From Myxococcota bacterium (GTDB taxonomy: Bacteria; Myxococcota_A; UBA9160; PR03), in NCBI GenBank assembly GCA_041611735.1, contig JBFIML010000005.1:32001-96000 (forward strand): DNA of 64,000 bases, in the 5' to 3' direction. The notes under the pieces are model-generated. The model was not told the origin of the DNA and ran no database searches. It was given only the letters and a program-made list of their open reading frames with translations. The position numbers and the translations under genes were made by a program. Shown here piece after piece: positions 54,359 through 64,000 of this stretch (positions are counted from its first letter, which is position 1; the number at the start of each line of letters is the position of its first letter).

Positions 54359-55777
54359 CTAACGCGCTCCGAGCGCGCCGCCCGGGTCCACGAGGCCCTG
54401 CACCACCACCCCGGGCCCCAGGTGCACGGCGCTCACGTTGCTCTCGATATGGAGGCCCGGCTGCTGGGGCGATGAGAGCCAGATTTGGCTCAGGGTGATC
54501 TCCGCCGAGTCCAGCAGGATCGCGCCCGCCAACCTTCCGCCGCGCACGGAGCCGCCTTCGATCTCCACGTCCTCCCAGCGCGTGAGCAGCAGGCCGTAGG
54601 AACAGTCGGTTTCGGAATCCACCTCGTTGTCGTGCATCACCAGTCCAGTCGACCGCTGGGGTGCGCCTCGTACGTCGATCTCCGCGTAGCCTACCTCGCC
54701 GCGGGTGCAGTTGTGCTCCAGGAGATTGCGCTCCACGAGGAGGTCGTCCCCGTCGCAGGCGAGGCGCAGGCCCGGCCCCTGGTTGCTGTGCACGTAGTTG
54801 TCCCGGATCGCGAGGGGGGACGAGACCCCGGCGCAGCCGATCCCGGCGCCGCCGCTCCCGTTCACGCCGCTCCCGCCCGAGACGTCGACCACGTTGCCCT
54901 CGATCCGACCGCCGTGGGTATTGTTGACGATGATCCCCGCTCCCAGGGCATAGTGGACCGTGTTGGCAGCGAACACGAAGTCGGCGACGAAGCCGTTGGG
55001 CGGGGTCTCCTCGGTGTGGTTCGTGAAGGCCTCGATGCCGATCTTCGTGACCCTCCAGACGTGGTTCTCGCGCACGGTGGTGCCGCTGCTTCCGGGTCCG
55101 ACCAGGTAGATGCCGTGCCCGCTGCGCTGGCGGCCCTCGACGTGGGGATCCTCTCCGGCCTCGAGCAACCCGGGGCAGGGGATGTCCGTATGGCAGCCGA
55201 TGTCGTGCACGAGATTGCGGGTCACGGTCCAGGCGGGCGCGTCGCGCAGCAGGATGCCGGCCGTCATCAGGTGGGCCACCTCGAGGTTCTCGATGCGGCC
55301 CCAGGGCGTCGGGGTCCGCGACCGGCTCGCCACGTAGATGCCGATGCTGTCCATGGGATCCACCGAATCCGGCTGCTCGCTCTTGCGCCCGTCGATGCCG
55401 AGATCCTGGATCACGAGGCCGAGCGGTCCCCCGTCCACCTTCAGGACGGGGCCCGGTGCGGGGACGGGCGCGCGCAGCAGCGTGCGCTGCGGACCCGCAC
55501 CCTGGAGGACGAGCCCCTCCGGAAACCCCGGCCCCAGGACGAGGGCCACGTCCTCCCAGACCCCCTCGTCGAGGAGCAGGTGGCAGCCGGGACGACAGTC
55601 TTCCAGGGCCTGCTCGAGGTCGGCGCCCGTCAGGCGGCCGTCCGCGTCGATGTCGCCGACCGGCACCAGAGGCCGGGGCCCGCTGCACGCCAGCGCCGTC
55701 CAGGCCGCCGCCAGGGCGAGCAGCGCCCGCCCCACGTGAGATCCGCCAGCTCGCATCGCGGTCCAGGTGAACGGCAT
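54359..55777 (-). CDS. Right-handed parallel beta-helix lipoprotein (pectin-lyase-like fold)
   Basis: Lipobox ALAC; GDIDADGRLTGAD Ca-loop; repeated GI(Y/L)...N-x-V beta-helix turns. Confidence 0.8.
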   Translation of the reverse strand: MPFTWTAMRAGGSHVGRALLALAAAWTALACSGPRPLVPVGDIDADGRLTGADLEQALEDCRPGCHLLLDEGVWEDVALVLGPGFPEGLVLQGAGPQRTLLRAPVPAPGPVLKVDGGPLGLVIQDLGIDGRKSEQPDSVDPMDSIGIYVASRSRTPTPWGRIENLEVAHLMTAGILLRDAPAWTVTRNLVHDIGCHTDIPCPGLLEAGEDPHVEGRQRSGHGIYLVGPGSSGTTVRENHVWRVTKIGIEAFTNHTEETPPNGFVADFVFAANTVHYALGAGIIVNNTHGGRIEGNVVDVSGGSGVNGSGGAGIGCAGVSSPLAIRDNYVHSNQGPGLRLACDGDDLLVERNLLEHNCTRGEVGYAEIDVRGAPQRSTGLVMHDNEVDSETDCSYGLLLTRWEDVEIEGGSVRGGRLAGAILLDSAEITLSQIWLSSPQQPGLHIESNVSAVHLGPGVVVQGLVDPGGALGAR

Positions 55778-55937
55778 CGGGAGCTCCTTCCACAGGGGTC
55801 GCTAGAGCGGGAGGTCGAGGCAGCATGGCATGGATCGGGGGATTCCCCAACGCCAAAGTGCCCGGAGACGGAGCGTGGTAGAGTCTCGGCTCCGACGTCC
55901 AGGGGGTGAACCGTCGCGTCGCGGCCTTCCAACGCAG

Positions 55938-57424
55938 GTGAGGAGGGAGGGGACGCGGCCGCCCCCGCGGGCCTCGCCCGCCGCTTCCTGCTGGGCACCC
56001 TCTACGTCGGCGCCGGGAGCTGGCTCACCTATCTCCTGACCTTCGTGATCCAGATCCTGATCGCGCGGCTGCTCGGCCCCGCGGAGCTCGGGATCTACGC
56101 CTTCGTCTTCGCCATCAACGAGCTGCTGCACATCGTGGGCGCCTTCTCCCTGGGGGCCGCCCTGATCCAGTCGCGCGAGGAGTCCCAGCGGCTCTACGAC
56201 ACGGCCCTCGTCATGTCCCTGGGGCTGGCCGGGGTGGGCCTGCTGGCGAGCCTGCTGATCGCCCCCCTGCTCTGGGTCTACCACCGGCCCGAGGCCGCCT
56301 GGTTCCTGCTGGCCATGGCCCTGGCGCGCGTGGCGCAGATGGCCTCCCGGGTTCCCAACGCCCAGCTCGAGCGGACCCTGCGCTACGGGCCGCTCAGCGT
56401 CATCTCCGTGGTGACGAGCAGCCTGCCGAACCTGCTGGCCCTGGCCCTCGCCGCCCTCGGCGTGGGGGCCTGGAGCCTGGTGGTCCGCGACGTGCTGGCC
56501 GCCGCGCTCGTTCTCGTCCTGACCCAGATCTGGTCCGCCTACCGGTTTGGCGCCCGACTCGATCGCGAGGCGGCGCGCCGGCTGATGGACTTCGCGCGTC
56601 CCATGTTCTGGTCCCGCTCCCTGGACGTCGTCCTGCAGCGCGTGGACCGCGTGGCCGTGGGCGCCGCGTTCGGCGACGCGGTCACGGGCCTCTACCACCA
56701 GGCCCGCTTCCTCTCCGAGGCCGGGCTCGTCGCCACGCGTCCCGTCACCCAGCTCTCCTTCAACCTGTTCGCCCGCGTGCAGGACGAGCCGGGCCGGCGC
56801 GACCGCTCCTTCGCGCTGATCCAGTACTTCCTGGTGCGCATCATCCTGGCGGGGGCGGTGGTGCTCCTGGTGACGTCCGAGGAGGTGCTGCGTCTGCTGC
56901 TCGGCCCGGAATGGCTGCCGGCGGCACCCCTGCTGCGGGGTCTCGGCGTGTACGCGGCGACGATGCCGGTGCTGGAGAACCTGAAGATGCTGTTCCTGGG
57001 CGTGGGCGAGGTGGTTCGCAACGTGCGCATCCGCCTGGTGCAGCTGCTGTGCTTCGCCCCCGGCGTGGCGGTGGCCAGCTGGCAGGAGAGCATTGCCGGC
57101 GTGGCCGCGGCCCTGGTGGCCTCCACGGTGGTCGGACTCGGCCTGGCCTGGCACTACAGCGCCGATCTCGTGGCGCGGCCGACCCGGCGGCTGTTCGGCG
57201 CGCCGCTGCTGGCGGCCGGGATGACCCTGGTGGGCTGCGGGGCGCTCGCGGCGGTGGGCGTCTTCCCGGCGCTGCCCTGGATGCTGCGCCCCTTGATCCC
57301 GCCGCTCCTCTACGGGCTGCTGCTCCTGGTTCTGGAGCGCTCGGTCCTGCTGCAGGAGCTGCGCTACCTCCGCGCGCAGCTCCGCCAGCGACCGACGCGG
57401 GGGGCCGTCGCCTCGGAGCTCTGA
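55938..57424 (+). CDS. wzx: Oligosaccharide flippase (Wzx/MOP family); apparent -1 indel near 55950
   Basis: IARLLGPAELGIYA; GAALIQ; LGVGAWSLV; LLGPEWLPAAPLL; frame open from 55910, first TM lies upstream of the ORF-track start 56045. Confidence 0.88.
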
Positions 57425-57547
57425 AGCGGACGCGCAGCCCTGCACCGCTCCCCGGCTTCGGGCTACAGTCCGGCGGCGAGGAACCTTGGCGCAGTTGCCC
57501 ATCACCACTCCCGCCGCTCGCTCCCCGCTCGCACGCAGGCGGCGGCC

Positions 57548-58672
57548 ATGACCGGTAGCCCGGCTCGGGAACCCGCACGGCAGCGCCCCGCCCGCGCCCC
57601 GCTGCTCGGGCCCGTGCTTCGCGACCTTCGTGGGGGAGGGCCGCGCCTGGTGGCCGAGAAGATCCTGGGCCGGGCGCGCCGTGGCTACCAGTACGGCCTC
57701 TACACCTTCAACGTCCGGCGCCTGGTGCGACGCCCGGAGTCCGTGCGGATCGACCGGCCGATCTTCATCCTGGGCGTCCAGGGTGGCGGCGTCACCGTGC
57801 TCGCCCGCACCCTGTATCGGCATCCGCAGGCGGTCTACGCCACGGGAAACTCCCGCTACTGGGCAGGCATCGACGAGATCCACAACTGCCCGCACATCCG
57901 GGACCTTCCGGATCCCCTGGTTCACCGCTCGTACCACTTCGGCAACGTGGATTCGAGCGTCGTGCACCACCCCCGCTACGGCTATCAGCGCTCCTGGCTC
58001 TATGCGATCGACGAGTTCCTGCCGCTCTACCGGCGTGGCGCCGACGACGTGGACCCGGAGACCACGCGACGCTTCCGGAGGGTGCTCCAGAAGGCGATCC
58101 TCGCCTATGCGCCGGACCCGGACGACGCCCGCTTCGTGGACATGAGCCAGCTCTACACCATCCAGGTCCCCTACCTGGCCCGCATGCTCCAGGACTGCGA
58201 CCCGCGCTTCGTGCTGGTTTCGCGCAACCCCTACGTCACCTGCGCACGGGCCGCGGCCAAGGAGTTCGGGCCCGAGAAGGGCAGCTACATTGGCGACGAT
58301 CGCAAGGCCCGGAATCGCTGCGTGATCGAGCACTGGAGCAACTCCTATCGCCTGGCGCTGGAGGCCGCAGCCCAGGGGGTGCCCCTCCTCCCGCTTCGCT
58401 ACGAGGACTTCCTGGCCCGGCCCGAGGCCATCGTCCGGCGGATCTGCCAGTTCGCCGCTCTCGAGTTCCATCCCCGCCAGGTTCCGGCCCCGGACCACAG
58501 CTTCCCGATCGGCTCGCTCGAAGCGAGCAAGTGGTATCCGCTGCGTCCCGCGGAGAACGCGCTGTACCTGAAGGACATCGACCCGGAGCTGGTCGAGGGG
58601 CTGAACGAGCGGGCGGGCAACCTGGTGGAGCGGCTGGGCTACGAGCGGCTGGAGCCGCGGCGGTCGCGGTGA
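57548..58672 (+). CDS. Sulfotransferase family protein (atypical PSB loop)
   Basis: IDRPIFILGVQGGGVTVLAR; RNPY; LRYEDFLARPE..ICQF. Confidence 0.8.
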   Translation: MTGSPAREPARQRPARAPLLGPVLRDLRGGGPRLVAEKILGRARRGYQYGLYTFNVRRLVRRPESVRIDRPIFILGVQGGGVTVLARTLYRHPQAVYATGNSRYWAGIDEIHNCPHIRDLPDPLVHRSYHFGNVDSSVVHHPRYGYQRSWLYAIDEFLPLYRRGADDVDPETTRRFRRVLQKAILAYAPDPDDARFVDMSQLYTIQVPYLARMLQDCDPRFVLVSRNPYVTCARAAAKEFGPEKGSYIGDDRKARNRCVIEHWSNSYRLALEAAAQGVPLLPLRYEDFLARPEAIVRRICQFAALEFHPRQVPAPDHSFPIGSLEASKWYPLRPAENALYLKDIDPELVEGLNERAGNLVERLGYERLEPRRSR

Positions 58673-59757
58673 CGCCTTCCCGCGCCCCGGCCGTCCTCGT
58701 CGTGGGCCGCTTCTATACCGAGGCGTTCGCGCTCCACATCGCGGAGACCCTCCAGGCCATGGGCCATGAGGTCCCGCGCTTCGAGACGGGAATCCGCCAG
58801 AACGAACGCGGCGGGGGTCTCGCCAAGCGCTGGACCCAGGTCCGCACGGCGGCGCACGAGCTGGCGCGCAACGTGCGCTGGATGCAGGACCGCCAGACCC
58901 AGCGCTTGCTGCGGGTTGCCGGCGGACGCAGCGTGGACCTGGTCCTCGTCTGCCACGACTTCCTGCTGCCGCGCGAGGTGGCGCGGCTGCGCGACGCGAC
59001 CGGAGCTCCGGTGGTGCTGTGGTTTCCCGACGCGATCTCCAACTTCACGAAGATGTACTGGGCGAACGCAGGCTACGACCACCTGTTCTTCAAGGATCCG
59101 TACGTGGTCCACACGCTGCGGCGCACCCTCGACCGCCCCGTCCATTACCTCCCCGAGTGCTGCAACCCCGAACGCCACCGCCCCGTGGCGCTCGGACCGG
59201 AGGACGAGCGCCGCTACGGCTGCGACATCGCCACGGCGGGCAACCTGTACGCCTATCGGGCGGCCTTCTTCGCCCAGCTGGCGGACTACCGGGTGCGCAT
59301 CTGGGGCAATCCGCCTCCTCTCTGGATGGACACGAGCCGCATCGGAGCGATGATCCAGGGTCGCTTCGTGGCCCACGACGAGAAGGCCCGCGCCTTCCTG
59401 GCGGCGAAGATCGTGCTGAACAGCCTGCACCCGGCGGAGATCTGGGGCATCAACGCTCGGGCCTTCGAGATCGCCGCAGTGGGGGGCTTCCAGATCATCG
59501 ACTGGCGCCCGGGCCTGGACGCGCTGCTGCGGGACGGCCGCGAGGTGGTCTCCTTCCGCGACCGCAAGGAGCTGCGGGCGAAGCTGGACCACTACCTGGC
59601 GCACGCGGAGGAGCGGCAGACCATCGCCGAGGCCGGCCGGGAGCGGGCACGGCGCGAGCACACCTACCGCCGTCGCCTCGAGCTGCTGGTGGACACGGTG
59701 CAGGGCCGCGCCGAGGGCTTCCCGCTGCCGTCGGTGGACGTGCCCGGTGGCCGCTAG
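58669..59757 (+). CDS. CgeB-family glycosyltransferase
   Basis: YLPECCNPERH; AKIVLN; INARAFEIAAVGGF; IAEAGRERARREHTY. Confidence 0.88.
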   Translation: MTPSRAPAVLVVGRFYTEAFALHIAETLQAMGHEVPRFETGIRQNERGGGLAKRWTQVRTAAHELARNVRWMQDRQTQRLLRVAGGRSVDLVLVCHDFLLPREVARLRDATGAPVVLWFPDAISNFTKMYWANAGYDHLFFKDPYVVHTLRRTLDRPVHYLPECCNPERHRPVALGPEDERRYGCDIATAGNLYAYRAAFFAQLADYRVRIWGNPPPLWMDTSRIGAMIQGRFVAHDEKARAFLAAKIVLNSLHPAEIWGINARAFEIAAVGGFQIIDWRPGLDALLRDGREVVSFRDRKELRAKLDHYLAHAEERQTIAEAGRERARREHTYRRRLELLVDTVQGRAEGFPLPSVDVPGGR

Positions 59758-59805
59758 CGGCTGGCCGGGCAGGGCGCCTCCCCAGCCCGCCGCCATTTCT
59801 CGCGG

Positions 59806-60723
59806 CTAGGGACCCAGGGCTTCCAGGACGCGGGCGTGGGCGGGCAGGTCGGGCCGCAGCGCCACCACGTCCGGCGAGCCGGGCTCGGCGACGTCCGCCG
59901 GCTCGGCGTGCAGGCGGCCCTCGCGCAACGCGAAGACCGGGTAGCCGGCCTCCGCCAGCAGGCGCCGCACCGCGGCGTAGCTCGTGCCGGCGGCGGAGAA
60001 GTGCCGGGAGTCTGCCTCGAAGACCACCACGGGGGGTGAAGCGCCGCGCAGCAGGCCGCGCGCGCCCCGCAGGACCTCGAGCTCCATGCCCTCCACGTCG
60101 ATCTTGACCAGGTCCGGCGTCCGGCGTCCGGCAAAGTACGCATCCAGGGTCGTCACCTCGGCGTCCACGGGGATGCCCTCGGGATGGGCGTAGCGCGAGG
60201 AGAGGCCCGAGATGGCGGGCACGGTGTGCAGCGTGATGCGGCCCGCAGTCGCACCGACCGCCCCGGACAGCAGCGTGACGTTGCGGAAGCCGTTCAGCTC
60301 CAGGTTCCGCAGCAGCCGCGCCCGGGTGGCTGGCACCGGCTCGAAGGCATGAACCGCGCCATCCGGGCCGGCGCGGCGGGCGGCCCACAGCGTGTAGAGG
60401 CCCAGGTTCGCGCCCACGTCGGCGAACACCCCGCCTGGGGGGAGGGCGGCCTCGAAGAGCGGCGCCAGGTGGGGCCGCGTGTGGCCCAGGAGGACGAGAC
60501 CGAGCATGTTGGCGTCCCGCCCCGGGTTCCCCTCGAAGCGAAGGCCCTCCCAGAACCTGCCGCGCACCGTCGCGTCGAAGCGGCGCGCGTAGCGTTTGAG
60601 GCCGACGATCAGCGCGTCGCGCCCCGGGAAGTCGGGTGCGGCGTAGGCGAGGCTCACGCCCCGCAGCGCCCACCGCAGCCTGCGGGGCGCCTCGGGCCCC
60701 CGGTCCGACCGGGCCGGGTTCAC
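59806..60723 (-). CDS. FkbM family methyltransferase
   Basis: FADVGANLGLYT; HAFEPVP; LVKIDVEGMELEVLRGA; GTG overlaps the upstream stop. Confidence 0.92.
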   Translation of the reverse strand: MNPARSDRGPEAPRRLRWALRGVSLAYAAPDFPGRDALIVGLKRYARRFDATVRGRFWEGLRFEGNPGRDANMLGLVLLGHTRPHLAPLFEAALPPGGVFADVGANLGLYTLWAARRAGPDGAVHAFEPVPATRARLLRNLELNGFRNVTLLSGAVGATAGRITLHTVPAISGLSSRYAHPEGIPVDAEVTTLDAYFAGRRTPDLVKIDVEGMELEVLRGARGLLRGASPPVVVFEADSRHFSAAGTSYAAVRRLLAEAGYPVFALREGRLHAEPADVAEPGSPDVVALRPDLPAHARVLEALGP

Positions 60724-61493
60724 GAAGGCCGCTCGAAGACGTGGACGCAGCCGTGGCGCGCCACCCCGCGGAAGCCGAGCCCCTCGAAGGCCGCCTGCAG
60801 GCTCGCCTCGTCCTCGTCCCGGCCTTCGAAGCGCACCGGGTGGAGCTCGATCACGACCTGCTCGCAGGCTGCCAGCGCGCTCGCGTCCCGGCGCACGATG
60901 CCCGCCTCGGCTCCTTCGATGTCGGCCACCAGGGCGAAGGGCCCCACGTCGTGCTCCTTCAGCAGCTGGGAGAGCCTCGCCGTCGGCACGTGGCGCACGC
61001 CGCGTCCCGTGGCGTCGCGACCGATGGTGCTGCCGCCCAGGTTCGTGTCCCCGAAGACGAGCTCGACCTCCTGGCGCTCCGGGTCGTAATCGAGGGCCCG
61101 ATTCACCACGGACACCGGGTGGCCGGGCGCGTTGGCGGCGAGATTCTGGCGCAGCAGCGGAATCAAGTCGGGGTTCGCCTCCACGCACACGAGCTTTCTT
61201 CCCGGGGCCTGGCGGCGAGCCACGGCGCACGCGACCACCCCGATGCTGCTGCCGAGCTCGACCACGTCCAGGTTCCGGCGCAGCCGGCTGCGCACGAAGC
61301 GCATCTCGGCGCTCTCGTAGATGCCGAAGAAGATGCTCGCCGCGAGGCGCGCTGGGACCAGAGGGGAGCTCACGTCGATGCGGGAGCCCGGAAAGCGCAG
61401 GTTCGGCACTCGCTGGCCGAAGACCGCCGCGATGGTTGCGCCGACCGGCGCGCTGCAGGCGATCCCAGCCACCCACGTCTTGGCGCGCGACAT
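60720..61493 (-). CDS. FkbM family methyltransferase
   Basis: SD GGAGGAG; YESAE; VVELGSSIG; VEANP; DIEGAE. Confidence 0.9.
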   Translation of the reverse strand: MSRAKTWVAGIACSAPVGATIAAVFGQRVPNLRFPGSRIDVSSPLVPARLAASIFFGIYESAEMRFVRSRLRRNLDVVELGSSIGVVACAVARRQAPGRKLVCVEANPDLIPLLRQNLAANAPGHPVSVVNRALDYDPERQEVELVFGDTNLGGSTIGRDATGRGVRHVPTARLSQLLKEHDVGPFALVADIEGAEAGIVRRDASALAACEQVVIELHPVRFEGRDEDEASLQAAFEGLGFRGVARHGCVHVFERPS

Positions 61494-61607
61494 CTCCTCC
61501 CGCCCCACGGCCCGTACGGGCCGGTGTGCGTCCCCCGCCGGACACGAAGCGCGAGAGTATACTCGGCGGACCCTGTTCGCGGGAACCGTCGCCGGAGGAT
61601 TGCTTCG

Positions 61608-62813
61608 CTGGCCACCCGTCTCGCCGTCATCGTGAGCCACCCGATCCAGCACTTCGCGCCCTGGTACCGGGAAGTCGCCCGCCGCGGTGCCCTCGAGCTG
61701 CACGTGCTGTTCTGCTGCGACTGGGGCGTGCAGGAAGTGGTGGATCCAGGCTTCGCAACGGCGTTCAAGTGGGACGTGCCGCTGACGGAAGGCTATTCCC
61801 ACGAGTTCCTGCCCATTGCGCGTCGTCCCCGCCGCCTCGGCTTCTTCGAGGTGGACAATCCCCAGGTCGCCACGGCGCTCGACCGCTTCGAGCCGGACGT
61901 GGTGCAGGTGCTCGGCTGGGCCTACCGCACCAACTGGCGGGCGCTGGCGTGGGCGCGCCGGTGCCGGCGGCCGGTGCTCCTGTACACGGACTCGAACGTG
62001 AAGGAACAGGTGGCGGTCTGGAAGGTGCGGCTCAAGCGCCCGCTGATCCGCCGCTTCTACCGGCGCGTGGACGGCGCGCTGTACGTGGGGGACAACAACC
62101 GCGCCTACCACCGGGCCTACGGGCTTCCCGAGGAGCGGCTCTTTCCGGGCGTCTACCCCATCGACCGGGCGCGGTTGCTGGCCGCGGCGCCCGACCGGAA
62201 GGCGGCCCGGCGCACGCTGAGATCCCGCCACGGCGTGCCCGAGGATGCCTTCCTGGTGATCTCGTGCGGCAAGTACCTGCCGCGCAAGCGCCACCTCGAC
62301 CTGGCGGCGGCCGCCGCGCAGCTCGCGGCGCGCCAGCGCCCGGTGTGGGCGCTCCTGGTGGGCGAAGGCCCTCAGCGCCCGGAGCTGGAGGCCTGGCTGC
62401 GCCAGCGCCAGATCCGCAACGTGGCGCTCACGGGCTTCGTGAATCAGGCGGAGATCCCGCACTACTACGCGGCGGCGGATGCCGTCGCCGTGCCTTCCGA
62501 CTTCGACCCGCACCCGCTCGTGGTCTCCGAAGCGGCGAGTTTCGGCCTGCCGGTCCTGGCCAGCGACGCGATCGGCTGCATCGGCGAGAACGACACGGCG
62601 CGGCCCGACGTGAACGCGCTGGTCTTTCCGTGTGGGGACGTGGCGGGCCTGGTCCAGGGGATCGCCCGCCTGCTAGATGATCCGGCGCTCCGGCGCCGCA
62701 TGGGCGAAGCCTCGCTGCGCATTTCCGAGTGGCAGGACGCGAGCGTGGCGGCGGAGGCCCTGGCCCGGGCCAGCCAGGCGCTGGTGCGCCTGGGGCCGCG
62801 CCGGACGCGCTAG
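61608..62813 (+). CDS. Glycosyltransferase family 4 (probable CTG start)
   Basis: SD GGAGGA 8 nt before CTG; SHPIQHFAP; WDVPLTEGY; GFVNQAEIP..YAAAD; VSEAASFGLPV. Confidence 0.9.
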   Translation: MATRLAVIVSHPIQHFAPWYREVARRGALELHVLFCCDWGVQEVVDPGFATAFKWDVPLTEGYSHEFLPIARRPRRLGFFEVDNPQVATALDRFEPDVVQVLGWAYRTNWRALAWARRCRRPVLLYTDSNVKEQVAVWKVRLKRPLIRRFYRRVDGALYVGDNNRAYHRAYGLPEERLFPGVYPIDRARLLAAAPDRKAARRTLRSRHGVPEDAFLVISCGKYLPRKRHLDLAAAAAQLAARQRPVWALLVGEGPQRPELEAWLRQRQIRNVALTGFVNQAEIPHYYAAADAVAVPSDFDPHPLVVSEAASFGLPVLASDAIGCIGENDTARPDVNALVFPCGDVAGLVQGIARLLDDPALRRRMGEASLRISEWQDASVAAEALARASQALVRLGPRRTR

Positions 62814-63922
62814 CCGCCGAGCTCGAGGGCGCGCAGCAGGTCCGCGCGGAAGCGCGCGTAGGCGAAGCGCTGGCGGGCCTGGCGACGGCCCGCCTCCGCC
62901 AGGCGCTCGCGCCGGTCGGAATCCAGCAGGAGCTCCGTCACCGCCTCGGCGAGGGGGGCGACCTCGCCGTAGGGAACCAGCAGGCCCGTCTCGCCCGGGC
63001 TGATCACCTGGCCTGCGGCGTCGGCGGTGGAGCCGATGCAGGGGAGCCCGTGCCACAGGGCCTCGGCGTAGACGAGCCCGAAGCCCTCCTGGCGGCTCGG
63101 CATGCTGAACAGCGAGGCGCGCCGGAAGAGCCGCGCGAGCTCGTGGTCGGAGACCCGACCCAGGAAGCGCACCGCGCCGGCGAGGCCGAGCTCCCGGGCC
63201 TTGGCCTCCAGCCGCTCGCGGTCGTCGCCGCCGCCGGCCACCCAGAGCTCCGCCCGGGGTACGCGCGCGCGGACCCCGGGCCAGGCCTCCAGCAGCTGGT
63301 CGTGCCCCTTGCCCCGCTCCTCCGCCCACATGCGGCCCACGATCAGGGCGGCCGGTTCGCGGGCCAGGCGCGCCAGCTCGTCTTCCCGCGCCTGCCAGGC
63401 CGCCACCCGTTCCGGGTCGATGCAGAGCGGGACGACGCGCACCCGGTCCGCGAGCGGGGGGAAACGCTTCCTCACGTCCGCGGCGGTGTGCTCCGAGTTG
63501 GCCAGCAGCCGCCAGGCGGCGTCCAGGGCCCGGCGCCGGGAGTCGTGTCCCACGCGGCCGAGCTCGATGCCGTGCAAGAAGATGGCGCTGCGGGCAGCAG
63601 CGAGACCGAGCCCCGGGATCACCGCGGCGCGGGCGGGCCCCAGCTGGTCGAAGAAGACGAGATCCGACCGCTGGCGGCGGAAGCTGCGCCAGAGCTGCCA
63701 CACGAAGCGCGCCTGGGAGCCCGCGGCCAGGCGCTGCTCGCCCCGGGGCGGCGGATCCGGGGGCGCCGCCGGGTCGTCGAGCAGCAGGACCCGGTCGCTG
63801 CGTTCCAGGCGGCCCGCCTGGACCTCCTCGTCCAGGGCCCGGGTCACGCAGCGCGCCACGCTCGCGATGCCGCCGTCGATGCGGAGGCCGGTCAGGCCCA
63901 GGAGCACGCGCTGCGGCGTCAT
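62810..63922 (-). CDS. Glycosyltransferase family 4
   Basis: GGIASV; LHGIE; KGHDQLL; MPSRQEGFGLVYAEA; TATACT 9 nt before the ATG. Confidence 0.92.
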   Translation of the reverse strand: MTPQRVLLGLTGLRIDGGIASVARCVTRALDEEVQAGRLERSDRVLLLDDPAAPPDPPPRGEQRLAAGSQARFVWQLWRSFRRQRSDLVFFDQLGPARAAVIPGLGLAAARSAIFLHGIELGRVGHDSRRRALDAAWRLLANSEHTAADVRKRFPPLADRVRVVPLCIDPERVAAWQAREDELARLAREPAALIVGRMWAEERGKGHDQLLEAWPGVRARVPRAELWVAGGGDDRERLEAKARELGLAGAVRFLGRVSDHELARLFRRASLFSMPSRQEGFGLVYAEALWHGLPCIGSTADAAGQVISPGETGLLVPYGEVAPLAEAVTELLLDSDRRERLAEAGRRQARQRFAYARFRADLLRALELGG

Positions 63923-64000
63923 GCGGCGCGCAGTATAGAGGAGGCGAGAGCGACCGCCGTCGCGAAGCCCCACTGCGGCCGGCCGCTACACTGCGCGCTC

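Overview
A very GC-rich bacterial chromosome segment from a diderm organism; a Myxococcota/deltaproteobacterial origin is inferred from gene content and not proven. (1) 1-9.7 kb is an accessory block abutting the 3' end of tRNA-Thr(CGT). It holds an Fe-S photolyase, flavin oxidoreductases, DUF1295, an MFS transporter, several gene remnants and an orphan excisionase-like HTH gene. (2) 9.9-49.4 kb is mostly core genome: ilvE-like, trpS, an exosortase-EpsI-sulfatase-like operon, clpB, an alternative sigma70, three HtrA proteases, galK, thiSGE, mlaEFD plus an unknown repeat protein, purH/purD, tsaC, DUF1015, dciA, rpsP-khpA-rimM-trmD-rplS, yraN, rsmI, heparinase-like, two L,D-transpeptidase-family genes with an Lpp/OprI-like lipoprotein, ligA, and a kinase/sigma54 regulator pair. 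(3) 49.5-64 kb is a surface-glycan locus: manA, uxs, galE, secreted proteins, wzx, sulfotransferase, glycosyltransferases and FkbM methyltransferases. The best candidates for under-described systems are the Lpp-like tether with attach/detach enzymes, the MCE operon with a W/F-P repeat protein, the exosortase operon with a Thr-nucleophile sulfatase-like enzyme, and a tail-fibre-like secreted protein. Seven apparent -1 frameshifts can each be repaired by adding one base to a G/C run, suggesting long-read indel errors. All calls come from motif recognition by eye; no searches were run.
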